Source: a virus (lineage: Duplodnaviria > Heunggongvirae > Uroviricota > Caudoviricetes). Taken from it: DNA of 64,000 nt. The stretch lies in IMG/VR virus record IMGVR_UViG_3300043395_001986, positions 109,308 through 173,307 of that record; one strand, written 5' to 3'. The notes under the pieces were generated by a model, which ran no database searches, was not told the DNA's origin, and worked only from the letters and a program-made list of their open reading frames with translations. Both the position numbers and the translations under genes were made by a program. Within the stretch, counting starts at the first letter, position 1, and each line of letters opens with the position of its first letter. This document shows, piece by piece, positions 31,363 to 44,109 of the stretch.

Positions 31363-32409
31363 ATGAAAGATTTATACAAAAAGTTACTCAACGAAGTTAC
31401 AGAAGAACATCAATATCAAGGCACATTAGGGAAAAACTCTAATGTGCTTTTAGTTGATGGACTAAATACATTCATTCGTAGTTGGACAGCAAACCCATCT
31501 CTAAATGATAATGGAGAACATATTGGCGGAATTGTTGGTTCTTTAAAAGGAATAGCATATGCAATACGACAATATAATTGTACCCGTTGTATTGTTATAT
31601 TTGATGGTAAAGGTGGGTCACAACGAAGAAAAGAATTATTTGGTGATTATAAAGCCGATAGAGGCAACAACCGATTCAGAGTCAATAGGGCATACGAAGA
31701 TATGATGTCTCAAGAAGATGAACAACAATCTATGAAAAGACAATTGGTTTCATTGGTTTCTATTTTAGAACATATGCCAGTACAGGTTATGTTATATGAT
31801 AGAATTGAAGCAGATGATGTAATAGGATATATCGCATCTCAACTCCTTAAAGAAGGAGAAGGTTGTACCATAATGAGTTCGGATAAAGATTTTTTACAAT
31901 TAGTTACTGATAATGTAAAAGTATATTCACCAACTAAAAAGAAACTCTATACAATAGATTCGGTATTAGATGAGTATGGAGTACACCCGCATAACTTTAT
32001 TAATTTTAGAATGTTAGATGGGGATAAATCAGATGGAATAGATGGAATAAAAGGATGTGGTATAAAAACCATCATTAAAAAGATTCCAATGGTGACAGAA
32101 TCAACTCAATATTCAGTTGATGATATTATATCATTTGCAGAACAAAACAAAGCAAATGGAAAGATATACACCGACATATTTGAGCAAAGAGATATAGTTG
32201 AGAGAAATTATAAATTAATGCAATTATCTGACCCGGATATAAGCGGACAAGTTAAACTAAAAATTAATGATAAATTTTTGGAAAACTTAAAAAAATTCGA
32301 TAAATTAGACCTAATAAAAGCAATGATGCATTATAAAGTTATTAACTCATTTGGTGATGTTAATAAATGGTTAATGGATTCATTTTACACAATTAACAAA
32401 TTAAATTAA
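31363..32409 (+). CDS. 5'-3' exonuclease / flap endonuclease (T4 RNase H-like)
   Basis: LVDGLN, FDGKGGS, YKADR, EADDVIG, SSDKDF and GDKSDGIDGIKGCG motifs. Confidence 0.9.
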   Translation: MKDLYKKLLNEVTEEHQYQGTLGKNSNVLLVDGLNTFIRSWTANPSLNDNGEHIGGIVGSLKGIAYAIRQYNCTRCIVIFDGKGGSQRRKELFGDYKADRGNNRFRVNRAYEDMMSQEDEQQSMKRQLVSLVSILEHMPVQVMLYDRIEADDVIGYIASQLLKEGEGCTIMSSDKDFLQLVTDNVKVYSPTKKKLYTIDSVLDEYGVHPHNFINFRMLDGDKSDGIDGIKGCGIKTIIKKIPMVTESTQYSVDDIISFAEQNKANGKIYTDIFEQRDIVERNYKLMQLSDPDISGQVKLKINDKFLENLKKFDKLDLIKAMMHYKVINSFGDVNKWLMDSFYTINKLN

Positions 32410-32425
32410 AACATGGAGGTAAACT

Positions 32426-32680
32426 ATGAAGTGTCTTAAAAGTACAAAAACAGGAGCAATTATCAGAGTAACTGATAAAGAAGCACACAACTCAACAAGT
32501 GAATGGAAGTATATTCCAAAATCAGAATGGAAAGCTTTAAGAAAACCTGTATCTGAAAAACAATCAGAAGAAGCAGAAAAGAAAGCAGAAACTATTTCTG
32601 AAAAAGCATTAAAACGCCAAAAGTTAAAAGACAAACAAAGACCAGCAGAAGATTTAGATAACAGATTAATGGAAAAATAA
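32426..32680 (+). CDS. hypothetical basic protein
   Basis: 84-aa ORF preceded by GGAGG. Confidence 0.7.
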   Translation: MKCLKSTKTGAIIRVTDKEAHNSTSEWKYIPKSEWKALRKPVSEKQSEEAEKKAETISEKALKRQKLKDKQRPAEDLDNRLMEK

Positions 32681-34038
32681 TGGAAGCAGTAGACACACTA
32701 CAAAAATATGGTTCATCATATCAATCTAAAGTAGTAGCTGCATTTCTTACTGATTCTAAATTTTTAGAACAAGTTTACGATATAACTAATAAAGATTTTT
32801 TTGAAAGTGAAGCAAATAAATGGATTGTAAATGAGATAATAAAATATTATCCACAATTTAGAACTGCTCCATCTATTGATGTTTTTAAAATTAAAATCAA
32901 AGAAATTGAAAACGAAGCTGTACAAAAAATAATTGTTGAACAATTAAAGTATGTTTATACTTTACTTGGTTCAACTGATTTACCTTATGTTAAGCAAGAG
33001 TATTTAAAATTTTCTAAACATCAAAAATTAAAAGAAGCAATTTTTAAATCAGTTGATTTAATTAAAGCAGAAAAATTAGATGAAGTTGGTAGTATTATCA
33101 ATGATGCATTAAAAGCAGGTTTAGAGAGCAATTTCGGTTTAGATTATTTGGAAGATATTGACTTGATAATGGAAGAAACAAAAAGAAATTCAGTACCAAC
33201 TGGATGGAAAGTTGTTAACGATTTGATGGATGGTGGATTAGGACCCGGTGAATTGGGAGTTGTATTAGCACCATCGGGTATTGGTAAGACTTGGTTTTTA
33301 TCTAAATTGGCATGTGATGCATTGAAAGCAGGTAAAAATGTTTTGCATTATACATTGGAGTTATCCGAAACATATGTTGGACATAGATATTCAACCATCT
33401 TAACCGGTATTCCATCTGATAAACTTAAAGAAAGAAAAGATGAAATCAAACAAAAGGTTTCACACATTAGCGGTAAAGTTATTATTAAATACTATCCACC
33501 ACAGGCAGCGAGTACCAAAACATTACATGCCCACATTGATAAATTAGCGGGTGTAGGATTTAAACCCGATATTATTATAATTGATTATGCAGACCTTTTA
33601 AAATCTTCTCACAAAGGTAGAGATAATTTATATGCAGAATTGGGTGGGATATACGAAGAACTACGAGGATTGGGTGGTGAATTAGGAATACCAATTTGGA
33701 CAGCATCTCAAACTAATAGAGCTGCAATTGAACATGAAGTTATTCAAGCGGATAGTGTGGGTGATTCATATAAGAAAGTTCAAACTGCGGATTTTATTAT
33801 GAGTGTGAGTAGAAAGACAAAAGATAAATTAGCAAATACAGCAAGAATCCATATAGTTAAAAACCGATTTGGACCAGATGGATTAACGTTCCCGGCTAAA
33901 TTAGATACTATGGTTGGGCAAATTGATATATTTGACCAATCATCTTCGGAAGGAATGAGTGCAACAAAAGAATCAAACAACGGACAAATATTAGAAAGAA
34001 AATTATTACATAAAAAATATGTAGAAAATATGGGTTAA
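32680..34038 (+). CDS. dnaB: replicative helicase (DnaB/gp41-like)
   Basis: LAPSGIGKT Walker A; IIIDYAD; WTASQTNR; VKNRFGPDG. Confidence 0.9.
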   Translation: MEAVDTLQKYGSSYQSKVVAAFLTDSKFLEQVYDITNKDFFESEANKWIVNEIIKYYPQFRTAPSIDVFKIKIKEIENEAVQKIIVEQLKYVYTLLGSTDLPYVKQEYLKFSKHQKLKEAIFKSVDLIKAEKLDEVGSIINDALKAGLESNFGLDYLEDIDLIMEETKRNSVPTGWKVVNDLMDGGLGPGELGVVLAPSGIGKTWFLSKLACDALKAGKNVLHYTLELSETYVGHRYSTILTGIPSDKLKERKDEIKQKVSHISGKVIIKYYPPQAASTKTLHAHIDKLAGVGFKPDIIIIDYADLLKSSHKGRDNLYAELGGIYEELRGLGGELGIPIWTASQTNRAAIEHEVIQADSVGDSYKKVQTADFIMSVSRKTKDKLANTARIHIVKNRFGPDGLTFPAKLDTMVGQIDIFDQSSSEGMSATKESNNGQILERKLLHKKYVENMG

Positions 34039-34192
34039 TAAGTATAATATATACTTAAAAAAAAGTTATAAAAAACACACTTTTTTTAAGTAAAATTGGG
34101 TTGTATATATTATACATCCCATATTTATTAATACATTTTCCACTTTTTTGGAAAAAAATTTTTTACATTAACTGACAAAATTACATTTTAGA

Positions 34193-36459
<2,267 letters not shown>

Positions 36460-36495
36460 TTTTGTAATAAAGGTTATTATTAGTAAATTTGTTAT

Positions 36496-37953
36496 ATGTG
36501 CGGAATAATAGGTGGTAATTGGTTTACATCTAAAAAGCAAACCCATACCCAATTAAATAAAATAATTCATAGAGGTAGAGATGCTTCTATCGTAGATAAT
36601 GTAGATGGTGTCTTTGTTGGGCACAATCGTTTATCAATACAGGACTTATCTTCAACTGCAAATCAACCAATGTGGAATGAAGATAAGACCGTTTGTATTG
36701 TATACAATGGTGAACTTTGGGATAGTTTTGAAACAAAAGAATTAAAAAAAGGTCTAAAAACAAAGTTCAAAACAAAATCTGATACTGAAATAATTTTAAA
36801 TGCCTATTGCGAATTAGGAACTAACTCATTTGAATTATTAGATGGGATGTTTTCATTTGCAATAGTTGATACAAAAATTCATAAAATATTTGTAGTTAGA
36901 GATTATGTTGGGGAATTACCTTTATGGTACGCAATTGATAACGATAATAAGTTAGTATTTTGTTCGGAAAAGAAAGGATTACCAATATCCGAGTTGTATG
37001 AAAAACAAGTTAAAGCGGTTTATCCTGGTACTTACATAGATTATAACTACAACACATTAGAACATTCTATAAAGACGTATTATACACTTCCTAACGAAAT
37101 TATAAATGATGATAGAGAAACTATTGTTAAAAATATAAGAGTGATGTTAGAGGAAGCGGTTAAAGTAAAAATGGTATCTGACGTTCCAATTTGCACTATA
37201 TTGAGTGGGGGTATTGATTCGGTGATAACAACTTACATACTTTCAAAAATAAACCCTAATATTGAAGCATTTGTGGTTTCAATGGGAGACGGTGATACGA
37301 AGAATGACGATATCAAATACGCTAGAATAGCTGCAAAGGAATTTGGTGTTAAGTTGCATGAAATAATATTAACTGAACAGGATGTAATTGATGCAATAGA
37401 TGAAACACTTTATGTTATTGAGCAAGCTCGTTGGCAAAATTTAGGTAGTGCAATTGCGCAAGTTGCATTAGGTAAAAAAATAAATGAGTTAGGATTTAAA
37501 GTAGTATTCAGCGGAGACCTATCGGATGAAATTTGGGGAAGTTATGGACACATCCAGGCATTTCATTACAAACCTGAAGATTATGATAAGGCTAGAAGAA
37601 AATTAGTACAGGATGTTCACAAAACTAATTTCCTAACAACCAATCAATCTATTATGTGGGGTGGGACAGTTGAAGTAAGAACTCCTTATAGTTGGAGGCC
37701 ATTTGTAGAATACACATTAAACATTCCACCACTATATCAAAAAGAAAATGGTCATATGAAACCATTATTAAGAGCAGCATTTAAAGGTGAAATATCAGAT
37801 GAACTTCTTTTTAGACCAAAAGTATTTTTCGCAAAGGGAGCTAGAACAGGTGAGTTAATAGAAAGTAGGAAAGATATTTTGAAATCTAAACTAAAAGAGT
37901 TATATTTGTATAAAGACCAATTAAACTTAAATAAATTTTTTGAATATGCTTAA
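36496..37953 (+). CDS. asparagine synthetase B-like glutamine amidotransferase
   Basis: MCGIIG Ntn-Cys; HNRLSI; YNGE; LSGGIDS PP-loop; SGDLSDE. Confidence 0.9.
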   Translation: MCGIIGGNWFTSKKQTHTQLNKIIHRGRDASIVDNVDGVFVGHNRLSIQDLSSTANQPMWNEDKTVCIVYNGELWDSFETKELKKGLKTKFKTKSDTEIILNAYCELGTNSFELLDGMFSFAIVDTKIHKIFVVRDYVGELPLWYAIDNDNKLVFCSEKKGLPISELYEKQVKAVYPGTYIDYNYNTLEHSIKTYYTLPNEIINDDRETIVKNIRVMLEEAVKVKMVSDVPICTILSGGIDSVITTYILSKINPNIEAFVVSMGDGDTKNDDIKYARIAAKEFGVKLHEIILTEQDVIDAIDETLYVIEQARWQNLGSAIAQVALGKKINELGFKVVFSGDLSDEIWGSYGHIQAFHYKPEDYDKARRKLVQDVHKTNFLTTNQSIMWGGTVEVRTPYSWRPFVEYTLNIPPLYQKENGHMKPLLRAAFKGEISDELLFRPKVFFAKGARTGELIESRKDILKSKLKELYLYKDQLNLNKFFEYA

Positions 37954-38467
37954 TTTTATAAAAGCAGAAAAAGGTACAGCAGAAATGGCAAAAGCACTTC
38001 AACAGGCTTCTGCTATTATTGATTTGTATCCAGAAATATTTCCACACTTATATAAACAAAGTTTTAAGTTGGAAAAATATATTGAAAAGGGAGGTCTCAT
38101 ATTACAAGATGGAGTTGTTATTACATTTGGTAGATATGGTAGTAATGGTAAGATGAGCAGAAATGCTGTCACCTATAAAAAGAAAGGTGATTTTATTCTT
38201 CATCAAATTGCAAATATAGACCAGCATAACGGAAATGCTAAAGTAGTGTTATCCGACTTTATAGAATATTGTAAATCACAACACGCAGAAAATTTATTTC
38301 TGACAGTTAGAAAATATAATGATAAAGCGGTTAATTTTTATTATAGAAATGGATTTGTAAAAGATAGTGATATTCATTGGACATCTAAAAAAGATGGAAT
38401 TATTCCAGGCGTTGTTTTTAGATTAAGATTAGTTGCTGATAAAAATATTGAGACAGTATGTATTTAG
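37940..38467 (+). CDS. GNAT-family acyltransferase
   Basis: LHQIA...GNAKVVL...LTVRKYNDKAVNFYYRNGF. Confidence 0.8.
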   Translation: MNMLNFIKAEKGTAEMAKALQQASAIIDLYPEIFPHLYKQSFKLEKYIEKGGLILQDGVVITFGRYGSNGKMSRNAVTYKKKGDFILHQIANIDQHNGNAKVVLSDFIEYCKSQHAENLFLTVRKYNDKAVNFYYRNGFVKDSDIHWTSKKDGIIPGVVFRLRLVADKNIETVCI

Positions 38468-39690
38468 ATTATTTTGATAAGTTTAAAGGTATGCAACCAT
38501 ACCTTTTTATTAGTCCAGAAGAATGGACACACATAAAAGCTACATTTCAAAAAGCAGATGTATGCGAATCGTTAGCGATAATAGCAATGGAATATCCATT
38601 ACCTTACATTGAAATTAGTGAAGCAGAAGCATTGAAAGAATATCAGGCTTTAAAAGGAACTAATTGGCGAGATTTATTTAAAAAGGGAGAATGGGTTCCG
38701 AGAAAAGCAAGTGAAAGTAGATACCCAATTACATTTAGAGGTGAGCAACAATTTGTAAGAAGAATAAACACCGGTAATGCGGCATCTAATCATTTTCAAC
38801 AAGCAAATCGTTGGAGTGTAGATGGGACAGTATCTCCTGGGCCAGCAAGAACTTGGAGAACTTTGGATTTTATGAAAACATTAATGGGTGCAATGTACAC
38901 TTTAAAGTTTAAAGAAATTGGAAGAAGTGAATTAAGAACAGCATTAGGTTTAAGAAAATATATTTGTTCTCAATTCAAACCAAATGTAGCAAAAGCATTA
39001 TATGATTTTTATGAATGTAAAAATGTATTAGATATATCAGCTGGGTGGGGTGACCGCCTTTGTGGTTTTTTTGCAAGTGAAAATGGCGAACATTATGTAG
39101 GTATAGACCCTAGAAAAGAAAATCATCCAATATACCAACAACAGGCTGATTGGTATAAAAAACACAATACATTCTTTGAAACTGATAAGAACGCAACATT
39201 TTATGAATCACCTGCGGAAGATTTAGACTTAACACAATACCCAGAATATTTTGATATTGTATTTAGTTCACCACCATATTTTAATGTTGAAAGATATTCA
39301 TATGATGATACACAAAGTTGGGTTAGATATAAAACAATTGATGATTGGAATACATTGTTCTTACATAAAACAATTGCTAATGTTTGGCCTACACTTAAAG
39401 TTGGTGGCATATTAGCAGTGAATATTGCAGATGTATATGCAACTTCAAAGGGAGACGGTAAAGGTTATCAAGAGATTACAAATCCAATGAATGATTATAT
39501 TAAATCATTGGGTGGAGAATATGAAGGATGTTTGGGTATGGAAATGGCAAAGAGACCTGGTTCAGCAGGAGCAGGTGCTATTATTGAAGGGGATGAAGGT
39601 AGATATACCGAAGAAGCATTGAGAAAAGCGGAAGAAGCTAAAAATAAAACATTCTGTGAACCAGTTTGGATTTGGAAAAAAATAAAATAA
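38458..39690 (+). CDS. SAM-dependent amino-type DNA methyltransferase-like protein
   Basis: VLDISAGWGDRL (motif I) followed by FSSPPYF (motif IV). Confidence 0.8.
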   Translation: MYLDYFDKFKGMQPYLFISPEEWTHIKATFQKADVCESLAIIAMEYPLPYIEISEAEALKEYQALKGTNWRDLFKKGEWVPRKASESRYPITFRGEQQFVRRINTGNAASNHFQQANRWSVDGTVSPGPARTWRTLDFMKTLMGAMYTLKFKEIGRSELRTALGLRKYICSQFKPNVAKALYDFYECKNVLDISAGWGDRLCGFFASENGEHYVGIDPRKENHPIYQQQADWYKKHNTFFETDKNATFYESPAEDLDLTQYPEYFDIVFSSPPYFNVERYSYDDTQSWVRYKTIDDWNTLFLHKTIANVWPTLKVGGILAVNIADVYATSKGDGKGYQEITNPMNDYIKSLGGEYEGCLGMEMAKRPGSAGAGAIIEGDEGRYTEEALRKAEEAKNKTFCEPVWIWKKIK

Positions 39691-39694
39691 AATT

Positions 39695-40804
39695 ATGGAT
39701 AAAACTAGACCAATGTATAGCCCTGCACATGGTGCAGATTTCCCATCGGAATTATATATTTTCAATAAAACTGGAAAGACGGTAAATGGTATATACTATA
39801 ATAGTGGAGTTAATTGGAATAAAAAAGTATTTGAATATTTAACAAAATCAAATGCAAAATTAGTATTTCAAAGAAGAAACTACCAAACACTTAAAACATT
39901 TTCAATAAATGATATTTACGAAATTGATATGGGCAATGGTGATTTGGCATTGATATCATTTAATAATAGAGATTTGGAAGATATGCCGGCATTTTTAACA
40001 AAAGGTAATCAAGAAAAATCTAGTTTAAGATGTTGGATTCAATGTAGTTGTGATATAGAAAAATTCTTTAATAAGTTTCCTGATTTTAATACATTTGCTA
40101 AAAACGATAACACAGGTAAAATTCATTTATTAAAAGCAACATCCTATGGATTTGAAACCGAAGCATTTGATTTGAAAAAACCAAAGATAGATTTGGAATT
40201 AAACTATGGAACAGGCTTTACTAAAATACATAGAAACATTGTTGATACAATTAGAGGTAAGAATGATAACAATGCTAAATTAGTTTTATTGCACGGATTA
40301 CCTGGAACTGGAAAGACAACTTATTTAAAGTATTTGGCACATGAATTAGGTAAGAAGGTATTATTTTTACCGCCTGTTATGGCAGATGGTATCGTAAACC
40401 CAGATTTCGTTCCTTTTTTAATGGAGAATAAAGATTGTGTATTAATAGTAGAAGATGCAGAAAAGGTAATTGGAGACAGACAAAGTAGTGGTAGTTCAAT
40501 TGGAGTATCTAATCTATTAAATTTGAGTGATGGTATATTGGGTGATATTTTAAATATCCATATTATTGCAACATTCAATATGGATAGAGAAAAAATTGAT
40601 AGTGCATTATTAAGAAAAGGTAGATTAATTGCTGAACATAAATTTGGTAAATTAAGTGTAAATGATACCAATAAATTATTGGAAAAAATAGGAAAGGAAA
40701 CTACATCAGATACAGAATTAACATTAGCGGAAATTTATAATATAGATAATCAGCAAGATAAAACAAAAGACGAAAGACAAACTATTGGATTCAATAGATA
40801 TTAA
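39695..40804 (+). CDS. AAA+ ATPase
   Basis: HGLPGTGKT; LIVEDAE; DSALLRKGRL. Confidence 0.9.
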   Translation: MDKTRPMYSPAHGADFPSELYIFNKTGKTVNGIYYNSGVNWNKKVFEYLTKSNAKLVFQRRNYQTLKTFSINDIYEIDMGNGDLALISFNNRDLEDMPAFLTKGNQEKSSLRCWIQCSCDIEKFFNKFPDFNTFAKNDNTGKIHLLKATSYGFETEAFDLKKPKIDLELNYGTGFTKIHRNIVDTIRGKNDNNAKLVLLHGLPGTGKTTYLKYLAHELGKKVLFLPPVMADGIVNPDFVPFLMENKDCVLIVEDAEKVIGDRQSSGSSIGVSNLLNLSDGILGDILNIHIIATFNMDREKIDSALLRKGRLIAEHKFGKLSVNDTNKLLEKIGKETTSDTELTLAEIYNIDNQQDKTKDERQTIGFNRY

Positions 40805-40805
40805 T

Positions 40806-41567
40806 ATGAAAGTTTTATATTCAATTGGCGATTCAATCACATGGGGAGCAGAATTAAATGATAAACGAAATAGATTTTCGCGTATCATAGCAGATGAATT
40901 GGGATATATAGATTTTAATTGTGCAAGTAGTGGTATATCAAATGATAGAATATTTCGAAACACTATCAGAGATATATCTAAATTTTTAAATGGTAATAAA
41001 ATATCAAACGAAGAAATTGGTAGTATAAAAGCCAAAGATATATTTGTATTGGTTCAATTTACTACACCAACCCGTTTTGATTATTTTGATGGTGATGTAT
41101 TCCTACCAGAAAGATTTTGGGATAACGATAAATGGGGATATAAAGATATACATAGAGTTACCGATAATCCATATATTATAAACCAAACAGATGCAAGAGC
41201 ATCTTATGTTAGAATGTTTCAACAGGTACTTACATTAGACTCATTTTTAGAAAAAAATAATATACCACATCTTATAGTGAATGGTTTTGTGGATTTTGAT
41301 GAGAATGATTGTATATTATTTGATGCTAGAACATGTGAGGAAAAAATATTAAAGATATTTGATACTACTGATGACTACTTTGGATTACGAAATATGTACC
41401 ATTTGTTACCAACATCCTTTAAGGAGCCTTCTTTGTATAGAAATTTAGATAATAATTGTTTTGCAGAAAGAGGACATGCAAATAAAAAAGGAAACCTAAT
41501 TATTGGTGATGTTTTAATTAAAAAAATATATGATATTCTTAAACCAAAACGCAAAGCACAAAAATAA
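40806..41567 (+). CDS. SGNH/GDSL-like hydrolase
   Basis: IGDSITWG; G.SNDRI; C-terminal GHAN. Confidence 0.6.
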   Translation: MKVLYSIGDSITWGAELNDKRNRFSRIIADELGYIDFNCASSGISNDRIFRNTIRDISKFLNGNKISNEEIGSIKAKDIFVLVQFTTPTRFDYFDGDVFLPERFWDNDKWGYKDIHRVTDNPYIINQTDARASYVRMFQQVLTLDSFLEKNNIPHLIVNGFVDFDENDCILFDARTCEEKILKIFDTTDDYFGLRNMYHLLPTSFKEPSLYRNLDNNCFAERGHANKKGNLIIGDVLIKKIYDILKPKRKAQK

Positions 41568-42267
41568 AGAACTAAACTATATCCATACTCATAATACCGG
41601 AGACTCTATTCCATATAGAATAAATAATTTGGGATTTAGAGGAAAGGATTGGGAAGACGGAGAAGAAGGGCATATTCTATGTGTTGGCGATGCTTTAACT
41701 TTTGGTGTAGGTATTCCTCAAATAGAAACTTGGCCGGAAAAGTTAAGTAGAGATATTGGTACACATTATCACAATCTCAGCTGTTATGATTGGAGTAATG
41801 ACCATATTTGGTTTAATACAATGCAATATTTGCGAAGGGGCTGGGGATGGAAACCCGTCGCTATTTTTATTTTATGGACAATTTTTGATAGAAGATTCCA
41901 CTTTATGTCAGACAAAGATATTATGCATTTAGCCGTTCATAGTGGAAAGGGAAATCAATCACCAATACATACATCAATAACCGATGCCTATCTCTATATA
42001 AACAATGATGAAAACAATTCGGTTAATTTTAGTAAGAGTTTTTATTCACTAAAAGATTATTGTGAAACCGAAGGCATAGATTTCTATTGTGCGGGAGTTG
42101 TACCACAAAAAGCGAATTGGTTTGGTATAGAAATGAAGGATTTTAAGAATGAATATGAAACCTTTAAGGGTGGGGCTAAAGATGGGGTACATCCTGGTAG
42201 GGAATTTCATCAACATATTAGTGATTATTTTAGTACACAAATCATTGATAATCAACAAGTTAGATAA
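41530..42267 (+). CDS. SGNH/GDSL-like protein (catalytic Ser apparently replaced)
   Basis: INNLGFRG; VGDALTFG; DGVHPG. Confidence 0.55.
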   Translation: MIFLNQNAKHKNKELNYIHTHNTGDSIPYRINNLGFRGKDWEDGEEGHILCVGDALTFGVGIPQIETWPEKLSRDIGTHYHNLSCYDWSNDHIWFNTMQYLRRGWGWKPVAIFILWTIFDRRFHFMSDKDIMHLAVHSGKGNQSPIHTSITDAYLYINNDENNSVNFSKSFYSLKDYCETEGIDFYCAGVVPQKANWFGIEMKDFKNEYETFKGGAKDGVHPGREFHQHISDYFSTQIIDNQQVR

Positions 42268-42280
42268 AAAAACCACAAAA

Positions 42281-42313
42281 ATTTGGTGGTCTCAAAAAGA
42301 TTTCGTATCTTTG
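42281..42313 (+). promoter_or_regulatory. Bacteroidota-type sigma-A promoter
   Basis: ATTTGG...TCGTATCTTTG upstream of the phosphoesterase. Confidence 0.7.
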
Positions 42314-42332
42314 TTTATCAAAGTTAAATTTT

Positions 42333-43100
42333 ATGAGAATAACACATATTTCCGATACTCACAATAAACACAATCATTTAACGAATGATTTGCCGGGTGG
42401 AGATATATTAATTCACTCTGGCGACTTTACATCTATTGGTAGAGAAAGTGAAGTTAGAAACTTTATTAATTGGTTAAAATTAAGAACGAATTATACTCAT
42501 AAAATTTTCATAGCCGGAAATCACGATATAACATTCCAATCTGAAAAACTATTTAGATTGAAATCGGAGTGGTTTGATAGAAAAGTATATAGTGATGAAG
42601 GAGCGTTGGGTAGACCTGAATGGTTAGAAGAATTTCTTAAAAACGAATTAGATGACTCAATCATTTATTTGGAGAATAGTTCAGTAGAGATTGGTGGTAT
42701 CAAAATATGGGGCTCACCATACTCACCAACTTTTGGTAGAGATTGGGCGTTTAATGTGAATAGAGGGCATGATGCGGCTGAATTGTGGAGTCAAATACCC
42801 ACCGATACGGATGTTTTAATTACACATACTCCAATATACGGGTATTGTGATAGAACATACAACACAAATGAAAATGTAGGATGTGCCGATTTGTATCATA
42901 GAGTGCACGAAGTAAAACCACATTTACATTTTTCTGGCCATATACACGAAGCGCATGGTTGGGGAACTATACCTTATAGAGATGAATGGGGTGATACTTA
43001 CACCTTTAATGGAAGTAGTTGTAGTTTGGAATATTTTTATCAAAATAAACCAATTACATTAGATTATAATTTTGAAACAAGAGAATTGAATTTTATATAA
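42333..43100 (+). CDS. calcineurin-like metallophosphoesterase
   Basis: SDTH, GDFT, GNHD, THTP and GHIH motifs. Confidence 0.9.
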   Translation: MRITHISDTHNKHNHLTNDLPGGDILIHSGDFTSIGRESEVRNFINWLKLRTNYTHKIFIAGNHDITFQSEKLFRLKSEWFDRKVYSDEGALGRPEWLEEFLKNELDDSIIYLENSSVEIGGIKIWGSPYSPTFGRDWAFNVNRGHDAAELWSQIPTDTDVLITHTPIYGYCDRTYNTNENVGCADLYHRVHEVKPHLHFSGHIHEAHGWGTIPYRDEWGDTYTFNGSSCSLEYFYQNKPITLDYNFETRELNFI

Positions 43101-43582
43101 TGAAAGAGAGAATTTGGTTATTTTTAGACGACGTTAGAGTTCCTAATGATGAGAAATGGCAAGTAGTTAGAAGCTATGATGAATTAGTGGCTCATATCCG
43201 TTTGAATGGTTTAGAAAATTACGAAGTGATTTCATTGGACCACGATTTAGGATTTACTGCAATGGTAGAGTATTATACTAATGCAAAAGAAAATTATAAA
43301 ATAAACTACGATAACATACAGGAAAAAACTGGATTAGATTGTGCTAAATGGTTAGTAGCAGAAAGTATGAATACCGGTATTCCAATACCACAAGTATTTG
43401 TACATTCTGCTAACCCAATTGGTGCAGGAAATATTATCGGATATGTAAACAATTACTTAAAAAGTTTTTGTAAATTACCAATGGTATGTGTACAAACGCA
43501 TATACCACATCATATTCCAGAAGAGCATGTTCTAACGGAAGTAGAAAGGGAAGCACTTTGGAATGCTAAAAATAAAAAATAG
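43100..43582 (+). CDS. cyclic-phosphate-processing receiver-like domain protein
   Basis: LFLDDVR.P, ISLDHDLG, TGLDCAKWL and VHSANPIG motifs. Confidence 0.7.
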   Translation: MKERIWLFLDDVRVPNDEKWQVVRSYDELVAHIRLNGLENYEVISLDHDLGFTAMVEYYTNAKENYKINYDNIQEKTGLDCAKWLVAESMNTGIPIPQVFVHSANPIGAGNIIGYVNNYLKSFCKLPMVCVQTHIPHHIPEEHVLTEVEREALWNAKNKK

Positions 43583-43584
43583 TT

Positions 43585-43887
43585 ATGGCACCAAAAAAAG
43601 TAGAAGGTGATTTTCATATTGGAGATGGAGCACATTTGACGGTAAAAAGTTCTACTGTCGTAGAAATGCATGATTACCTAAAATTAATGACAGGAGATGG
43701 TAAAAGTGTTACTTTGGATGTAGTTATAAAAGCAGACTTCGATAAAATTCCACCACAATATCATCAGTTATTTTGTCAAATGATGATGGTAAGATATGGT
43801 GGTATGGTAAACATTTGGGATAATACACAACCATTCGCTAAACCAGAAACACCAAAGAAAAAATGGTATCAATTTTGGAAAAAATAA
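43585..43887 (+). CDS. hypothetical protein
   Basis: 100-aa ORF in an operon-like run. Confidence 0.7.
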   Translation: MAPKKVEGDFHIGDGAHLTVKSSTVVEMHDYLKLMTGDGKSVTLDVVIKADFDKIPPQYHQLFCQMMMVRYGGMVNIWDNTQPFAKPETPKKKWYQFWKK

Positions 43888-43896
43888 AACAAAGTT

Positions 43897-44109
43897 ATGG
43901 CAAAACCAGTATTCGTAATGAGATTTCGTAATTCCATGAGTGATGAAGAACAAAAGACTGTATCCGAAATAATATACAAATCGGATATGAATAATGAATA
44001 TCACATTATAGTATTAAAAAATGATAAAGATACTGATGAATTTGAAATGTTTAATGCAGATAAGATTGAAAGACAAGAATGGAATACTTTAATAAATAAA
44101 TTAAAATAA
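43897..44109 (+). CDS. hypothetical protein
   Basis: 70-aa ORF. Confidence 0.65.
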   Translation: MAKPVFVMRFRNSMSDEEQKTVSEIIYKSDMNNEYHIIVLKNDKDTDEFEMFNADKIERQEWNTLINKLK

